Source of the DNA: an uncultured delta proteobacterium
GTDB lineage: Bacteria > Desulfobacterota > Binatia > Binatales > Binataceae
Reading direction: 5' to 3'
Length of the DNA: 64,000 nt
NCBI GenBank assembly: GCA_963794325.1
Contig: CAWCDG010000002.1
Span: 544,001 to 608,000, forward strand
Made by a program: the position numbers and the translations under genes
Notes under the pieces: generated by a model
The model's database searches: none
The model's input: only the letters and a program-made list of their open reading frames with translations
Told to the model about the DNA's origin: nothing
Shown: piece by piece, positions 37,999-47,967 of the stretch
Layout of the letters: the number at the start of each line of letters is the position of its first letter
Position numbering within the stretch: position 1 is the first letter of the stretch

Positions 37999-39795
37999 TC
38001 AATCGCTATCGGTATCTTCGTTCTCGTTTTCGTTGGCCGCGGTCAGCACCGAGTCGGCGACCCGCGAATATTCAAACATCCCGGCGCCGCGATGTGCGCC
38101 CGCGTGGAAGCTCGCGAATCCGAGTGACGTGTAGATGCGCGACTGCTCCGGCCCCGGCCGCGACAGCGGAATGAAGCATTCGACGCTGCCTTCGAGTTCG
38201 CACGACGATCCGTCCGGGCGCGTCAACGATGCGAAAATACGATGCGGCGGCTCTTCGACCGACGCTGTTTCAATCGTGAGATCGAGCAGATCGCACGGCG
38301 CCCATCCACTGGGGCCGAGAATCCGTGCGCTTCGATTTGGCGCTGCGTCTGCCGTCGTGACAGAGCGCGCTTCGATCGCACGCGGCGCATCACTGTCCTC
38401 GAAGCGTGCCCAAATCATTCGGCGTGCGGTGAATTTCTGCGGGCCCAGTCCGGTGAACGACATTCCCGCGCGCGCAAATCCATTGACCGTTCGCGATGCG
38501 CCGCCGATGCAAACCTTTCCAACAACGCGACCGAAGGCGACGCTCGACGCCAGCGCATCCGCCCCAGCTCCATCCGCCGATAGAATCCGATCGAAGTCGA
38601 ACTCGCCGCCCGCGCGATCGCTTTCGAAACGCATCTCCACTTCGGTGGCGTCGTCGAGTCGCCCGGAAGCGAGCGCGCGTTCGATGCTCAGATACGCGGT
38701 AGCATCGGGCACGATTACGGCGGGTCCGTGGAACGCCAGGACGATCGATTCGCCTTCGCGACGAAGCGAGAGCGGGCCGTGAGTGACGGCGCTCGCGGAA
38801 CGCGCCGGCCGGCCTTCTGCAGTGAACAATGCCGCGCAGTGGCCATCGAACAACATCATGATTCGCGCGCCCATGCCCGCGCCGCCGACGTCGAAGCTCG
38901 CCATCGCACCGAACCGCGCGTCAGGATCATAGAATTCGATGCCGATACGTCCGGGCGCCGCAACCGTCGCGGCTGCCCCGATTTCGGATTTGGCGACCGC
39001 CGGGCGCGGTGCGCGATTTATCACGATGGGCGATCGCGACACTTGCGGATTGCCGCTTCTTGAAAAAACATCGGCGATTGAGTCCTCGCATCGGGCGCGC
39101 AATTCTCCGGGCATTCGCAGCGCGACCGACAGCTCGAGTTGGGCCGCATCGACCACGCCGCTCATCGCAATTTCGGAAATCGAGCGAAGCGGCGCGTTCG
39201 GACTCTGCCGATGACGCGCGGTGAAAGCCTGCAGCAGGTTCTGCAACCCGCCGCCCGGGTACCGCATCCCGTAGGTCGGTTTGATTCCGTGGCGATGCAG
39301 GCGCTCGGCGAGTCCCGCCAGCGGACCGTTGATAAAATCGTCACACGCAGACACGCAAGCGGACCCGGGTGGCCGCAGTTCGCCTCCCGAGTTTCTCAGA
39401 CCGAGCCCGAAATCGAGGCGCGGCTCGATAATGTTCCATCCGTGGATGAGCAGAACGGTGATGCGGCCATGACGCGCGACGATGGCGTCGACCCGGTCCG
39501 CGATCATTTCGAGCAGCCACGGCGCGCGCTCGATTATTTGCGAGAGGCGATTGCAATCCAGCCGGTTGCGATCCATCGCGACGTTGATCAGCGCCGACGC
39601 GCCCAGCCGCGCCGCCAGTCCGCGCGTGATTTCCGCGGTGTGAAGGTCGTTGACCTTGGGATTCAGCATCGAGCGCGTGCGCGGTTCCGCGTGGCCGCCA
39701 TGCGGCGCAATCAGGAGAAGGGGAGAATCGGAATCGATTACTTCGAGCCATGCCTCGGAGGCCGCGGTTGCGGTATGAACCCCGGATTCAGACAT
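37999..39795 (-). CDS. Two-domain hypothetical protein (N-formylglutamate amidohydrolase-like N-terminus, beta-rich C-terminus)
   Basis: APHGG, DLHT, RLDCNR, LIHG and QLEL pattern in the first ~240 aa; starts 3 nt after the pcs stop. Confidence 0.7.
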   Translation of the reverse strand: MSESGVHTATAASEAWLEVIDSDSPLLLIAPHGGHAEPRTRSMLNPKVNDLHTAEITRGLAARLGASALINVAMDRNRLDCNRLSQIIERAPWLLEMIADRVDAIVARHGRITVLLIHGWNIIEPRLDFGLGLRNSGGELRPPGSACVSACDDFINGPLAGLAERLHRHGIKPTYGMRYPGGGLQNLLQAFTARHRQSPNAPLRSISEIAMSGVVDAAQLELSVALRMPGELRARCEDSIADVFSRSGNPQVSRSPIVINRAPRPAVAKSEIGAAATVAAPGRIGIEFYDPDARFGAMASFDVGGAGMGARIMMLFDGHCAALFTAEGRPARSASAVTHGPLSLRREGESIVLAFHGPAVIVPDATAYLSIERALASGRLDDATEVEMRFESDRAGGEFDFDRILSADGAGADALASSVAFGRVVGKVCIGGASRTVNGFARAGMSFTGLGPQKFTARRMIWARFEDSDAPRAIEARSVTTADAAPNRSARILGPSGWAPCDLLDLTIETASVEEPPHRIFASLTRPDGSSCELEGSVECFIPLSRPGPEQSRIYTSLGFASFHAGAHRGAGMFEYSRVADSVLTAANENENEDTDSD

Positions 39796-39798
39796 TTC

Positions 39799-40566
39799 TC
39801 AGATCGACGCCGCTCGATGGGACTCAAGCACAAATCGCGCGTGGAGAATGAACGACGCGATGAAATAGTAAGCGATGTAACTCAGCCCGGCCCACAGCAT
39901 GATCGGGTTCACCGCCGGCAGCATCAGCAGCGATGCGATGGTCAGAAAGCCCCAGATGATTCCGAGCGTGAGCGTGAGCGGACGCAGCGGCACGGTTCGA
40001 TTTGGATAGATGTACTTGAGCGGCATGAACACCATCACCGCGAGAATCAGCAGCACGGCGACGTTGAATACGGTGCCGATCCCGAGACTGTAAAGATAAA
40101 ACGCGACGAGGTTCCAGTAATTCGGGAAGCCGAGGAAGTAGTGGTCGGGGGTTTTGGCCTCGGTGTGGCAGAATCCGTAAACGCTCGCGAGCATGACGAA
40201 GCAGGCCAGCGCCAGGCCCCATCGCGAGGTCGGGATGATGCCGGCCTCCAGCATCAGGAATACCGGCGCCACGGTGTACGTCAGATAATCGACGATGTTG
40301 TCGAGCAGCGCGCCGTCGAAGGTCGGCACACGTATCTTGACCATCAGCCAGCGCGCGAGCGGGCCGTCACTGCAATCGATAATCGTCGCGGCGCCCATCG
40401 CCAGGAATGACGCGCGGAAGTCACCGCGCGAGGCGAAAAAGATCGCGAGCAGGCCGAGCGCCGCGCCAAGCGCGGTATATAGATGTACGCCCCACGCGCA
40501 CGCCGTGAGAAATTTCTGACTCGGGAATGCCCGCGGCAGACTTCCGGCAGCGCTTGAGGTGCTCAA
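39799..40566 (-). CDS. pcs: Phosphatidylcholine synthase (CDP-alcohol phosphotransferase)
   Basis: AWGVHLYTALG, DCSDGPLAR, FDGALLDNIVDYLTY, DHYFLGFPNYWN. Confidence 0.85.
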   Translation of the reverse strand: MSTSSAAGSLPRAFPSQKFLTACAWGVHLYTALGAALGLLAIFFASRGDFRASFLAMGAATIIDCSDGPLARWLMVKIRVPTFDGALLDNIVDYLTYTVAPVFLMLEAGIIPTSRWGLALACFVMLASVYGFCHTEAKTPDHYFLGFPNYWNLVAFYLYSLGIGTVFNVAVLLILAVMVFMPLKYIYPNRTVPLRPLTLTLGIIWGFLTIASLLMLPAVNPIMLWAGLSYIAYYFIASFILHARFVLESHRAASI

Positions 40567-40567
40567 A

Positions 40568-41104
40568 TCACTTGTCCGGCTTGTAGTCGCGCGGCCCGAA
40601 GTATTCTTCGAGCACCGTCATAAACGGTCCGCATGCGCGATTTTTTTTCACGAGTATCATCGCCTCTTCGAGAGACATTTGCCGATATGCACGCAGAAAC
40701 GCAATCGCCAGCGTCGGCGCGCGATTCATCCCGGCATTACAGTGAAGATAGACGCGCGAGCCCGGCGCGACCAGATCGCGAAGATCGTTAAGCGCAACCT
40801 CGAGCCGTTCCGCCATCGCATCCGCGCTGCCATCCTGGATCGGCGTGCGCACATAATCGATTCCGTGCGCATCGTACTCCGCGCGCAGCTCGCGGTTATC
40901 CAACCCGTTCATCCGCAGATCATCGTCGTCCTGCAGGTTGTGAACGGCGGTAATTCCGTAGGTGTCCTTGAGCCATGCGATATCGGCATGACCGGGATAT
41001 TCGCCAACCAACAATTCATCCGAGATAACGCTGACCGACGGCCGCCGTCCGTTGCGAGTCGGGCGCGGTGCGTGCTCGGCGCGTTTGCTGAACCAATCAA
41101 CCAT
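40568..41104 (-). CDS. Dual-specificity phosphatase family protein
   Basis: HCNAGMNR (CX5R) motif, PIQD acid loop. Confidence 0.88.
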   Translation of the reverse strand: MVDWFSKRAEHAPRPTRNGRRPSVSVISDELLVGEYPGHADIAWLKDTYGITAVHNLQDDDDLRMNGLDNRELRAEYDAHGIDYVRTPIQDGSADAMAERLEVALNDLRDLVAPGSRVYLHCNAGMNRAPTLAIAFLRAYRQMSLEEAMILVKKNRACGPFMTVLEEYFGPRDYKPDK

Positions 41105-41157
41105 GATTCAAATGTAACCATCCAGAGGGTAGATATTCCACCGTCATCCGGGACGCA

Positions 41158-44100
41158 TCACGCCTTGGCGTGTCCTCTAGGCAGTTCGGTCGAGCGATCA
41201 ACTTTAGCGCTCGCTCGTTTGGCGTGCGGAGCCTCATTCGACGCCGCATCATCGGCTTCGCGAGTCAGCTTCAATTTTGGACGCAAACCGGAAAGCGCGA
41301 CGACTGAGGTGCGCATCAGGTCTGCGATTTTGCGATACGCGCCCGCGCCTTCCGAGCTGTTCGCGAGTTCGCGAAGCTCCGCCGCGGTGATCGCGCGACC
41401 GATGCGGACTTCCACCGGATGGCGCCGCGGAATGAGACTGCCCTTGCCCATCACGTCATGCGTGCCGCGAATCAGCACCGGCAGCACGTCGCATCGGCTG
41501 CGCAACGCGAGGAATCCAGCGCCGCTCTTGAACTCGTGGATCTCGCCGTCGCCCGAGCGCGTGCCTTCGGGGAACATCAGAACGCTCCGTCCCTGCGCAA
41601 GCTCGGCGAGCGCGTCTTCAAGCGACTCGAGTTGCGCGCGTTCGCGATCGAACGGCATCATCGAGGTGAAGTTTGCGGCGAGAAAACGTCGCGCCGGGGT
41701 GTTGAAGAAATAATCCTTGGCGGCGAGTACCCGGATGTCGTCGCCAATCGCGCCGAGCGCGTAGCCGACCAGGCTGAAATCGAGATGACTCGAATGATTC
41801 GCGACGACGATAAAGTTGCGATTGGCCGGGATATTCCCGCGCCCGAGAATTTTCGGCTTCAGCCATCCGTCGAAAACCGCGCGCGACGCACCGCGTACTG
41901 CAAAGCGGCCGATCCATTTTAACGGCGCCGGCAGGTACGGAGTGTAAGGCTCGGCGAACTTCGCGTATGAGGGCATGCGCGGACGTCCGTTGCCGCCGGG
42001 CTGAGTCGCGAGCAGTTGCAAGTCCGCGACGGTGCGCAGATCGGCAATTTCCTCCACCGCGATATCGCGACTCGCGCGTTCGCCGATCAGCTCGCCGATT
42101 TCGGCAAGCGCGAGCGAGTCGAGGCCCAGGTCTTCGATCAGCCGCGTCGCCGGCGTGATATTGACCTGCTCCGTTGTGACCGACGCCAGCGCTTCCGCGA
42201 GCCATGTCTCGATCTCGGAGCCGCTGCTGTCGACGTTGGCGTCGCCGGTGCGGACGTCGAGCATTCGCCGCAGCGTCGCGACTACGTCGGCGCGTTTGAT
42301 CTTGCGGGTGCGCGTGCGCGGCAGTTCGGTGTCGGTGAAGCGAAGAATCCTGATTCGTTTGTGCGAGCTGAGTTCGCGCGCGACTTTGTCGAAGTCGCTG
42401 CGCAGCTGGTCCTCGACCGCGCGACGGCTCTCGCCGCGGGAGTAGGCAGGCACGACCAGCGCCGCCACCTGCTCACCGCGGCCCACCTTCAGGCCGACGA
42501 CCGCCATCTCCTTGACGTACTGCGAGCGGCCGTAAATTTCCTCGAGCTCTTCGATGTAGATGTTGTTGCCGCCGGAATCGACGATGACTTCCTTGGCGCG
42601 GCCGACGATGTACAAACGCCCGTCGTCGTCGAAGCTCCCGAGGTCTCCGGTGTGAAGCCATCCGTCGCGCAAGACTTCGGCGGTCGCGGCTTCATTGCGA
42701 TAGTAACCCGCCATCACGTTCGGGCCGCGCGCGACTATCTCGCCTATCGATCCGGTCGCCGGCATCAACTTTATCTCGACGCCGTTCAGCGGCTTTCCAA
42801 CCGCGCCGACTTGCAGCGGTTCATCCGGTCGGGCGACGGCCAGCACGGGCGCCGCTTCGGTCAGACCGTAACCTTCGAGCAGCGGGATTCCGATATCGTT
42901 GAAAAACGCGGCGACGCGATGGGGCAGGGCGGAGCCGCCGCTGACGGCGAGCCGCAGGCGTCCGCCCAGTGCGGAATGAACCTGGCGGAAAACAATCGAG
43001 CCGAAGTTGAGGCCCGAGTTCGTGTCGAGCCGGCGATTCAGATCTCGCAGGTTGTCGAAGGCGGCGTGAAAGAAAGGGCCGCGCGCTTCGACTTCATCGA
43101 CAATCCGCCGATGGACCGCTTCCCACACTGCGGGCACTCCTATCAGCGCGGTCGGGCGAACGTCGGCGAGCGTGCGCGAGAGGGTCTTCGCATCGACCTC
43201 GAGCGGATAGACAATCGTCGCGCCGCTGGCGATCGGCAGCAGCATGCCGCAGGTGAACTCGAACGCGTGATGCAACGGCAGGAGCGACAGTACGACATCG
43301 TCGGCGCCCAGCAAAAACACGCGCGAGAGCATCGCAATCTCGGCGGCGAAGTTCGCATGCGACAGCATCACACCCTTGGGCGCGCCGGTGCTGCCACTGG
43401 TGAACAGGATCGACGCGAGCGCCTTTCGCTCAGGTGGCGGAGGAGTAGTTTTCGCGTCGCCGCGCAGGATGAATGGCCGAGCGAGTTCCGCGAGATCGAT
43501 CTCGATCAGCTTCGGATGATCGTCCTTTAGCGCGGAGCCTAAGCGCTTGTGCGTTGTGCTCGAACGCAGTGCAGCCGCGGGCTCCGCGATTTTGCAGAGG
43601 GGCACGAGCTCCTCGGCGGAAATCAGGTGGTCGAGCGGCACGGCAATCGCGCCCGCACACAAAATCGCGAAATAGCCGAGCACCCAATCAGGCGAGTTCT
43701 CACCGATCAGCAGCACGCGATCGCCGGGCTTGATTCCACGCGTGGCGAGCAGCAACGCAGCGCGATGCGCCCGGTCGCGCAGCTCGCGATATGTCGTCTG
43801 CGTCTGATCGCCCGACGGCCGCCGCGCAATCATCGCGACTCGCGAGCCGTAGCGGTCCGCGGCGCGCTCGAGCATATCGACCAGGCTCCGATGACGCGGC
43901 AGTGACTTGGCTCTGCCGCGCGTGTGCAGATCGAGCTGCGGGAAAATATGGCGCCGCAGGCCGGGCAGGTGAATGTTGATCCAGTAGTCGTGCCAATCGA
44001 TCAGATCGGGACGGAACGGATGATGTTCGGCGTCGGCGGGCTTGAGCGACGCATAAAGCGCGCGAATGTTGCTCGCATGAAAAGTATAAACGAGCTCCTG

Positions 44101-45528
44101 GATATAGGGGCGATAGACTTCGACCAGCTCGCGCGCGAGGTCGGTGTTTTCCTTGAACTTGTCGATCCCGCTCGCGATCTTTTTCGCGCGCTGATTTTCC
44201 TCACCCACCACGCTGCGCGCGAATGCCGCCGCTTGCTTGAGAATCCGCGGAACCGTGTTGCTCGCCAGGTCGTAAGTATTTTGCGAGACGACGACAGCTT
44301 CCAGATGCGGCCCGAGCCAGCGCATCGAGCCACTGTCCTTGCGATGCTCGCGGCGATTGCTTAGCGCAGTCAGCTCTACCAGCCGGCGCATCGGCAGCGG
44401 ATTCCGATCCGACGTGCACAGTTGGTAGATCGGCTTGTGCTTGCGTGACAGCAGCGCGCCAAGAATCGGGATCATCGCGTGCGCCGCGAGGTCGACCGGG
44501 ATCACGTCGAGCACCAGCTCAGCCTTGGCGGGATAAAATCGGTAGCCGCGGCCCGCGAGGTAAGTCAGCGGCGCGCTGGTGTTGACGCCCTGGTTCCATC
44601 CAGGGAACGGATCGCGCAGCGCGCTTTCGATCACCGCCGGGCGCACAACCGTCACCTCGAGCCTCTCACGATTCGCGAGCACCAACTGCTCGCCGAGGCT
44701 CTTGGTGTAGCTGTACGTGTTGGGCCATCCCCAACTCTGCGCGCGCTTGCGCCCGACGTCCTTGAGGCGCTCCTCGACCCATTGCTTGCGCCGGTGCTCG
44801 ACCGCGGACTCGCGCGGATTGCTATCGTTGTCGTTTTCGTTGTCTTCCTCGCGGCGAAACTCCGCATGCCGCAATTGATCGCGGGACTCCGCCTGCACTC
44901 GCTCGATCGCCGCAAGCGCATCGCGTATTTCGCGCTCGAGTCGAAACGACTTGCGCCCATTGGGACACCAGTCGTGCGGGATGTCGTCTTCGTAGCGATG
45001 CCCGTCGGCGCTCCCCGCGACGTAGCACGTCGATATATGCATCATCGCGGCGCCGACGTTGCCACAAAACTCGATCACATTGGCGACGCCGGTCGTGTTG
45101 ACCTCGATCGCTTTCTCCAGCGACGCCTCGAAGTTCACCAGCCCGGCGCTATGCACGACCGCATCGAGGCTGCCCGCCTTGAACCGCTTCGCTTCTTCGG
45201 CGAGCAGGCCTTGGTTGGTGATGTCGCCGGGAACGATGACGATCTTTTCTTCGATGTATCGATCGAAGCTGGCGCCAAGCTGTTCGCGCAGCGGCGCAAA
45301 TACCGGCGAGTCGAGAATCTCGCGGCGGAAGCGGCCGACGCTGCTCCGCCGATCGCCCCGAATCAGCAGATATACGCGTTCGATCTCGGGATGCCATCGC
45401 AACAGGATCGCGAGAAACACCTTGCCGAGAAATCCCGTCGCGCCAGTCAGCAGGATGCGACGGCCTTTGAGCACCTGCTCGAGCCCCGGCGTGGAGGCTC
45501 CGTTGCGCTTGCCGTTGCTACTCGACAT
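41158..45528 (-). CDS. elbD: ElbD-like multifunctional enzyme: fatty acyl reductase, adenylation domain, ACP, acyltransferase
   Basis: TGATGFLG and YSYTK (FAR); FTSGSTGAPKG, GYGLTE and TGDLG (adenylation); LGLDSL (ACP); NHSSHLD and FPEGTRS (PlsC). The domain order matches myxobacterial ElbD as recalled. Confidence 0.88.
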   Translation of the reverse strand: MSSSNGKRNGASTPGLEQVLKGRRILLTGATGFLGKVFLAILLRWHPEIERVYLLIRGDRRSSVGRFRREILDSPVFAPLREQLGASFDRYIEEKIVIVPGDITNQGLLAEEAKRFKAGSLDAVVHSAGLVNFEASLEKAIEVNTTGVANVIEFCGNVGAAMMHISTCYVAGSADGHRYEDDIPHDWCPNGRKSFRLEREIRDALAAIERVQAESRDQLRHAEFRREEDNENDNDSNPRESAVEHRRKQWVEERLKDVGRKRAQSWGWPNTYSYTKSLGEQLVLANRERLEVTVVRPAVIESALRDPFPGWNQGVNTSAPLTYLAGRGYRFYPAKAELVLDVIPVDLAAHAMIPILGALLSRKHKPIYQLCTSDRNPLPMRRLVELTALSNRREHRKDSGSMRWLGPHLEAVVVSQNTYDLASNTVPRILKQAAAFARSVVGEENQRAKKIASGIDKFKENTDLARELVEVYRPYIQELVYTFHASNIRALYASLKPADAEHHPFRPDLIDWHDYWINIHLPGLRRHIFPQLDLHTRGRAKSLPRHRSLVDMLERAADRYGSRVAMIARRPSGDQTQTTYRELRDRAHRAALLLATRGIKPGDRVLLIGENSPDWVLGYFAILCAGAIAVPLDHLISAEELVPLCKIAEPAAALRSSTTHKRLGSALKDDHPKLIEIDLAELARPFILRGDAKTTPPPPERKALASILFTSGSTGAPKGVMLSHANFAAEIAMLSRVFLLGADDVVLSLLPLHHAFEFTCGMLLPIASGATIVYPLEVDAKTLSRTLADVRPTALIGVPAVWEAVHRRIVDEVEARGPFFHAAFDNLRDLNRRLDTNSGLNFGSIVFRQVHSALGGRLRLAVSGGSALPHRVAAFFNDIGIPLLEGYGLTEAAPVLAVARPDEPLQVGAVGKPLNGVEIKLMPATGSIGEIVARGPNVMAGYYRNEAATAEVLRDGWLHTGDLGSFDDDGRLYIVGRAKEVIVDSGGNNIYIEELEEIYGRSQYVKEMAVVGLKVGRGEQVAALVVPAYSRGESRRAVEDQLRSDFDKVARELSSHKRIRILRFTDTELPRTRTRKIKRADVVATLRRMLDVRTGDANVDSSGSEIETWLAEALASVTTEQVNITPATRLIEDLGLDSLALAEIGELIGERASRDIAVEEIADLRTVADLQLLATQPGGNGRPRMPSYAKFAEPYTPYLPAPLKWIGRFAVRGASRAVFDGWLKPKILGRGNIPANRNFIVVANHSSHLDFSLVGYALGAIGDDIRVLAAKDYFFNTPARRFLAANFTSMMPFDRERAQLESLEDALAELAQGRSVLMFPEGTRSGDGEIHEFKSGAGFLALRSRCDVLPVLIRGTHDVMGKGSLIPRRHPVEVRIGRAITAAELRELANSSEGAGAYRKIADLMRTSVVALSGLRPKLKLTREADDAASNEAPHAKRASAKVDRSTELPRGHAKA

Positions 45529-47158
45529 CCGCAATTACCAGTGGCGGCAGGTGCAGGTAAGTTATTTCGGCCGAGCGCCCAAGCTCCGAGGTCGCCATCG
45601 CGATCGCTTCGTCGAGCGTGTCGGCCGCTTCCCATCCGAGGCGTGCTGCAACTTCGGGCTCCTCGCATCCCGCTGCGATCACCCGCCCGACGTGCTGGCG
45701 CGCAGGCTCGCCCCAGTACCACATGTAGAACGGATGCACGCCGTGATACGCGTTGCCGTAGCGGTACATATGGATGTACGTCGGGTTGCGCGCGAACTCG
45801 CGCTCGAAAGTTTTCTCGAGCTCGACGGCGTCGGTCGTCTCGGCGAGGCATCGATGGAAAAACTCGATGTAGCTCGGATGATGCTCGGGATGAAACTCGT
45901 CGCGCAGCGGATGACAGATGATCATCGTGCCGCCTTCACGCACCAGCGGCTTGTTCCGATACATGTTGAACAGGTAGCCAAGGCCGGTGCACTGCACGAG
46001 CACGGGATTCATGATCGAGTTCACATTGTACGGACAGATATACGGCACGCCGACGATCAAAATATCGGCCTGTCCCTTCACCGGCACCGCGTATTGCTGG
46101 AACGCGCGCGCGAGCGCCTTCTGATGCACCGTCTCGGTATCGCCCGCCCACACGCCGATCATTCCGTACGGCGCCGCGTAGTTGTGCAGCACGCTGCGGC
46201 GCATCTCGTTGGACATATTCCGCATCGTCCACTGAAAGCCCTTCAGCCGCGTGCGATCCCAGTCGGTGAACTGGTCCTCGTTCTTATGCAGGAAATCGAG
46301 CATCCCGCCGTACATCCGCGTATTCACCGCGGTCTCGATCTGGAAAATATTGACCGACTCGTGAATCAGCTTGCCCATCCGGTCCGACGAGCGATGCAGC
46401 GCCGAGCGCGTCGGGTCCATGTACGAGTGCGAGTCACGCAGCGTCCCGACGTTGTGGTGATGCCGCAAACTCTGATACGGCGCGAGTCCCACTGCGACCG
46501 ACTTGTGCCCGCCGTCCATCGGCACCAGGTTGATGTTCAAATAAATGAGCAGGTCCGAATCGACCGCGCGCCGCGACAGCCACACTTCCTCGCCGTGATC
46601 CGTCTTGCCGAGCATCGCGAGCTCGGCGCGATTTTCCGCGTCGAAGTTGTACAGCCGGTCCGGCCAGTACTGCTTGAAGGCGCGCTCACCGACGATGCGC
46701 CGAATCTCCGCCTCGGTCATCCGTCGATGCAACGACGTCGCGATCACGAGATGCACGTCGTCAACGCCATAGTCGGCCAGCGTCTGGAGCACTTGGTTGA
46801 GCAGCCGCTCGCGAATGTCGGGCCGACGCATCTGCGGCAGAGGCAGGCTGATGTCGTCGATCGCGATCGTCACGCGCATGTTGGGACTCAACTGCGCGAA
46901 CAGGGGATCCTGGTTCTCGGGATGGAGCAGGGCGTAGCGAATCGCCTGGTCGGCGTCGGCGACCGGGTCCATCGGCGGCGGCGGATAGATCACGCGCGTG
47001 CCGACCGGCAACTTCTCGAACAGAAATTCCTCGCCATACGGAATGATGCGGCGCTCCGAGCGCCGATTCACTTTGACCACCAGATCGCTGCGCGCGCCGA
47101 TTTCATGCCGCAGTTCGGCAGTTTTCAGTTCCTTGAGTTTTGCTTCAGGCCGCGCCAT
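45518..47158 (-). CDS. Lactate racemase (LarA/DUF2088)-domain protein, ElbC-like
   Basis: IAIDDISLP, ATSLHRRMT, DGGHKS, VREGGTMI; overlaps both neighbours. Confidence 0.8.
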   Translation of the reverse strand: MARPEAKLKELKTAELRHEIGARSDLVVKVNRRSERRIIPYGEEFLFEKLPVGTRVIYPPPPMDPVADADQAIRYALLHPENQDPLFAQLSPNMRVTIAIDDISLPLPQMRRPDIRERLLNQVLQTLADYGVDDVHLVIATSLHRRMTEAEIRRIVGERAFKQYWPDRLYNFDAENRAELAMLGKTDHGEEVWLSRRAVDSDLLIYLNINLVPMDGGHKSVAVGLAPYQSLRHHHNVGTLRDSHSYMDPTRSALHRSSDRMGKLIHESVNIFQIETAVNTRMYGGMLDFLHKNEDQFTDWDRTRLKGFQWTMRNMSNEMRRSVLHNYAAPYGMIGVWAGDTETVHQKALARAFQQYAVPVKGQADILIVGVPYICPYNVNSIMNPVLVQCTGLGYLFNMYRNKPLVREGGTMIICHPLRDEFHPEHHPSYIEFFHRCLAETTDAVELEKTFEREFARNPTYIHMYRYGNAYHGVHPFYMWYWGEPARQHVGRVIAAGCEEPEVAARLGWEAADTLDEAIAMATSELGRSAEITYLHLPPLVIADVE

Positions 47159-47966
47159 CCGAGCCTCGCGTCGATCGTTCACTGTCGTTGTTGAAATCAG
47201 GATCGTTGTCGAAATCGTCACGCAGCTTCGAATCCGCTGCCTTCTCGAAATGGATCACCGGCCATTGCCGGCTGAGCGCCGCGGCGCGCAATCTGCGATC
47301 GGGATTGACTGCGACCGGATGCCCGAGTTTCGCGAGAAACGCGGTGTCGTAGTGCGAGTCAGCGTAACCCCAGCAATCCGCCAGGTCCAAATCGTGCGAC
47401 GCAGCGTAGTCGTCGCACCACACCGCCTTTTCATCACCGGCCATCACCGGCTCGGCCAGCCGGCCGGTCGCGCGGCCGCGGCTGAAAACGAATCGGTTCG
47501 CCGCGAATTCCGCGATTCCAAGATGACGCGCGAGCGGCGCGACGATGAAATCCGGCGAACCGGTGACGAGCACCGGCTCGATTCCGGCCTCGCGATTCGC
47601 CTCGATCAACTCCACCGCGCGCGGAAAAAGATGGCCGATGAGGATTCGCTCGCAATATTCCTCGCCCAGCGAAAATAATCGGTCGCGTGAGACGCCTTTG
47701 AACGCCTCGAACAGCACCGTGTTCAAGGTTCGGCGGTCGCGATTCTCGGCGATATACAAGCGCGGGATTCGCGCGGCGAATCCGAGCATGTACGACACGC
47801 GCCCGCTCCATTCGCCGACGTTGGCGAGTGTGAAAATCGCCGCATGCACCAGGTTCAGATCAACCAGCGTCCCGTCGAGATCGTAGAATGCCACGCGGCG
47901 CTTCTGAGGCCTGGAAGCCTTGGGGGCGTGGCCGTTGAATGCTTTCTTGTGATTCGGAACTGACAT
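47145..47966 (-). CDS. HAD-IB family hydrolase, ElbB-like
   Basis: FYDLDGTL, VTGS, EKA, YADSHYD. Confidence 0.88.
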   Translation of the reverse strand: MSVPNHKKAFNGHAPKASRPQKRRVAFYDLDGTLVDLNLVHAAIFTLANVGEWSGRVSYMLGFAARIPRLYIAENRDRRTLNTVLFEAFKGVSRDRLFSLGEEYCERILIGHLFPRAVELIEANREAGIEPVLVTGSPDFIVAPLARHLGIAEFAANRFVFSRGRATGRLAEPVMAGDEKAVWCDDYAASHDLDLADCWGYADSHYDTAFLAKLGHPVAVNPDRRLRAAALSRQWPVIHFEKAADSKLRDDFDNDPDFNNDSERSTRGSDGAA

Positions 47967-47967
47967 G

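Noticed and set aside
41158-45528. NRPS or carboxylic acid reductase interpretation of the A-ACP-containing gene
   Set aside because: No condensation domain, the reductase is N-terminal and FAR-type, and a PlsC domain is C-terminal, which indicates lipid synthesis
45059-47194. Long antisense ORFs (711 aa here; also 31860-33416, 42016-43530, 62183-63958)
   Set aside because: Shadow frames opposite well-supported genes in high-GC DNA, with no recognisable motifs
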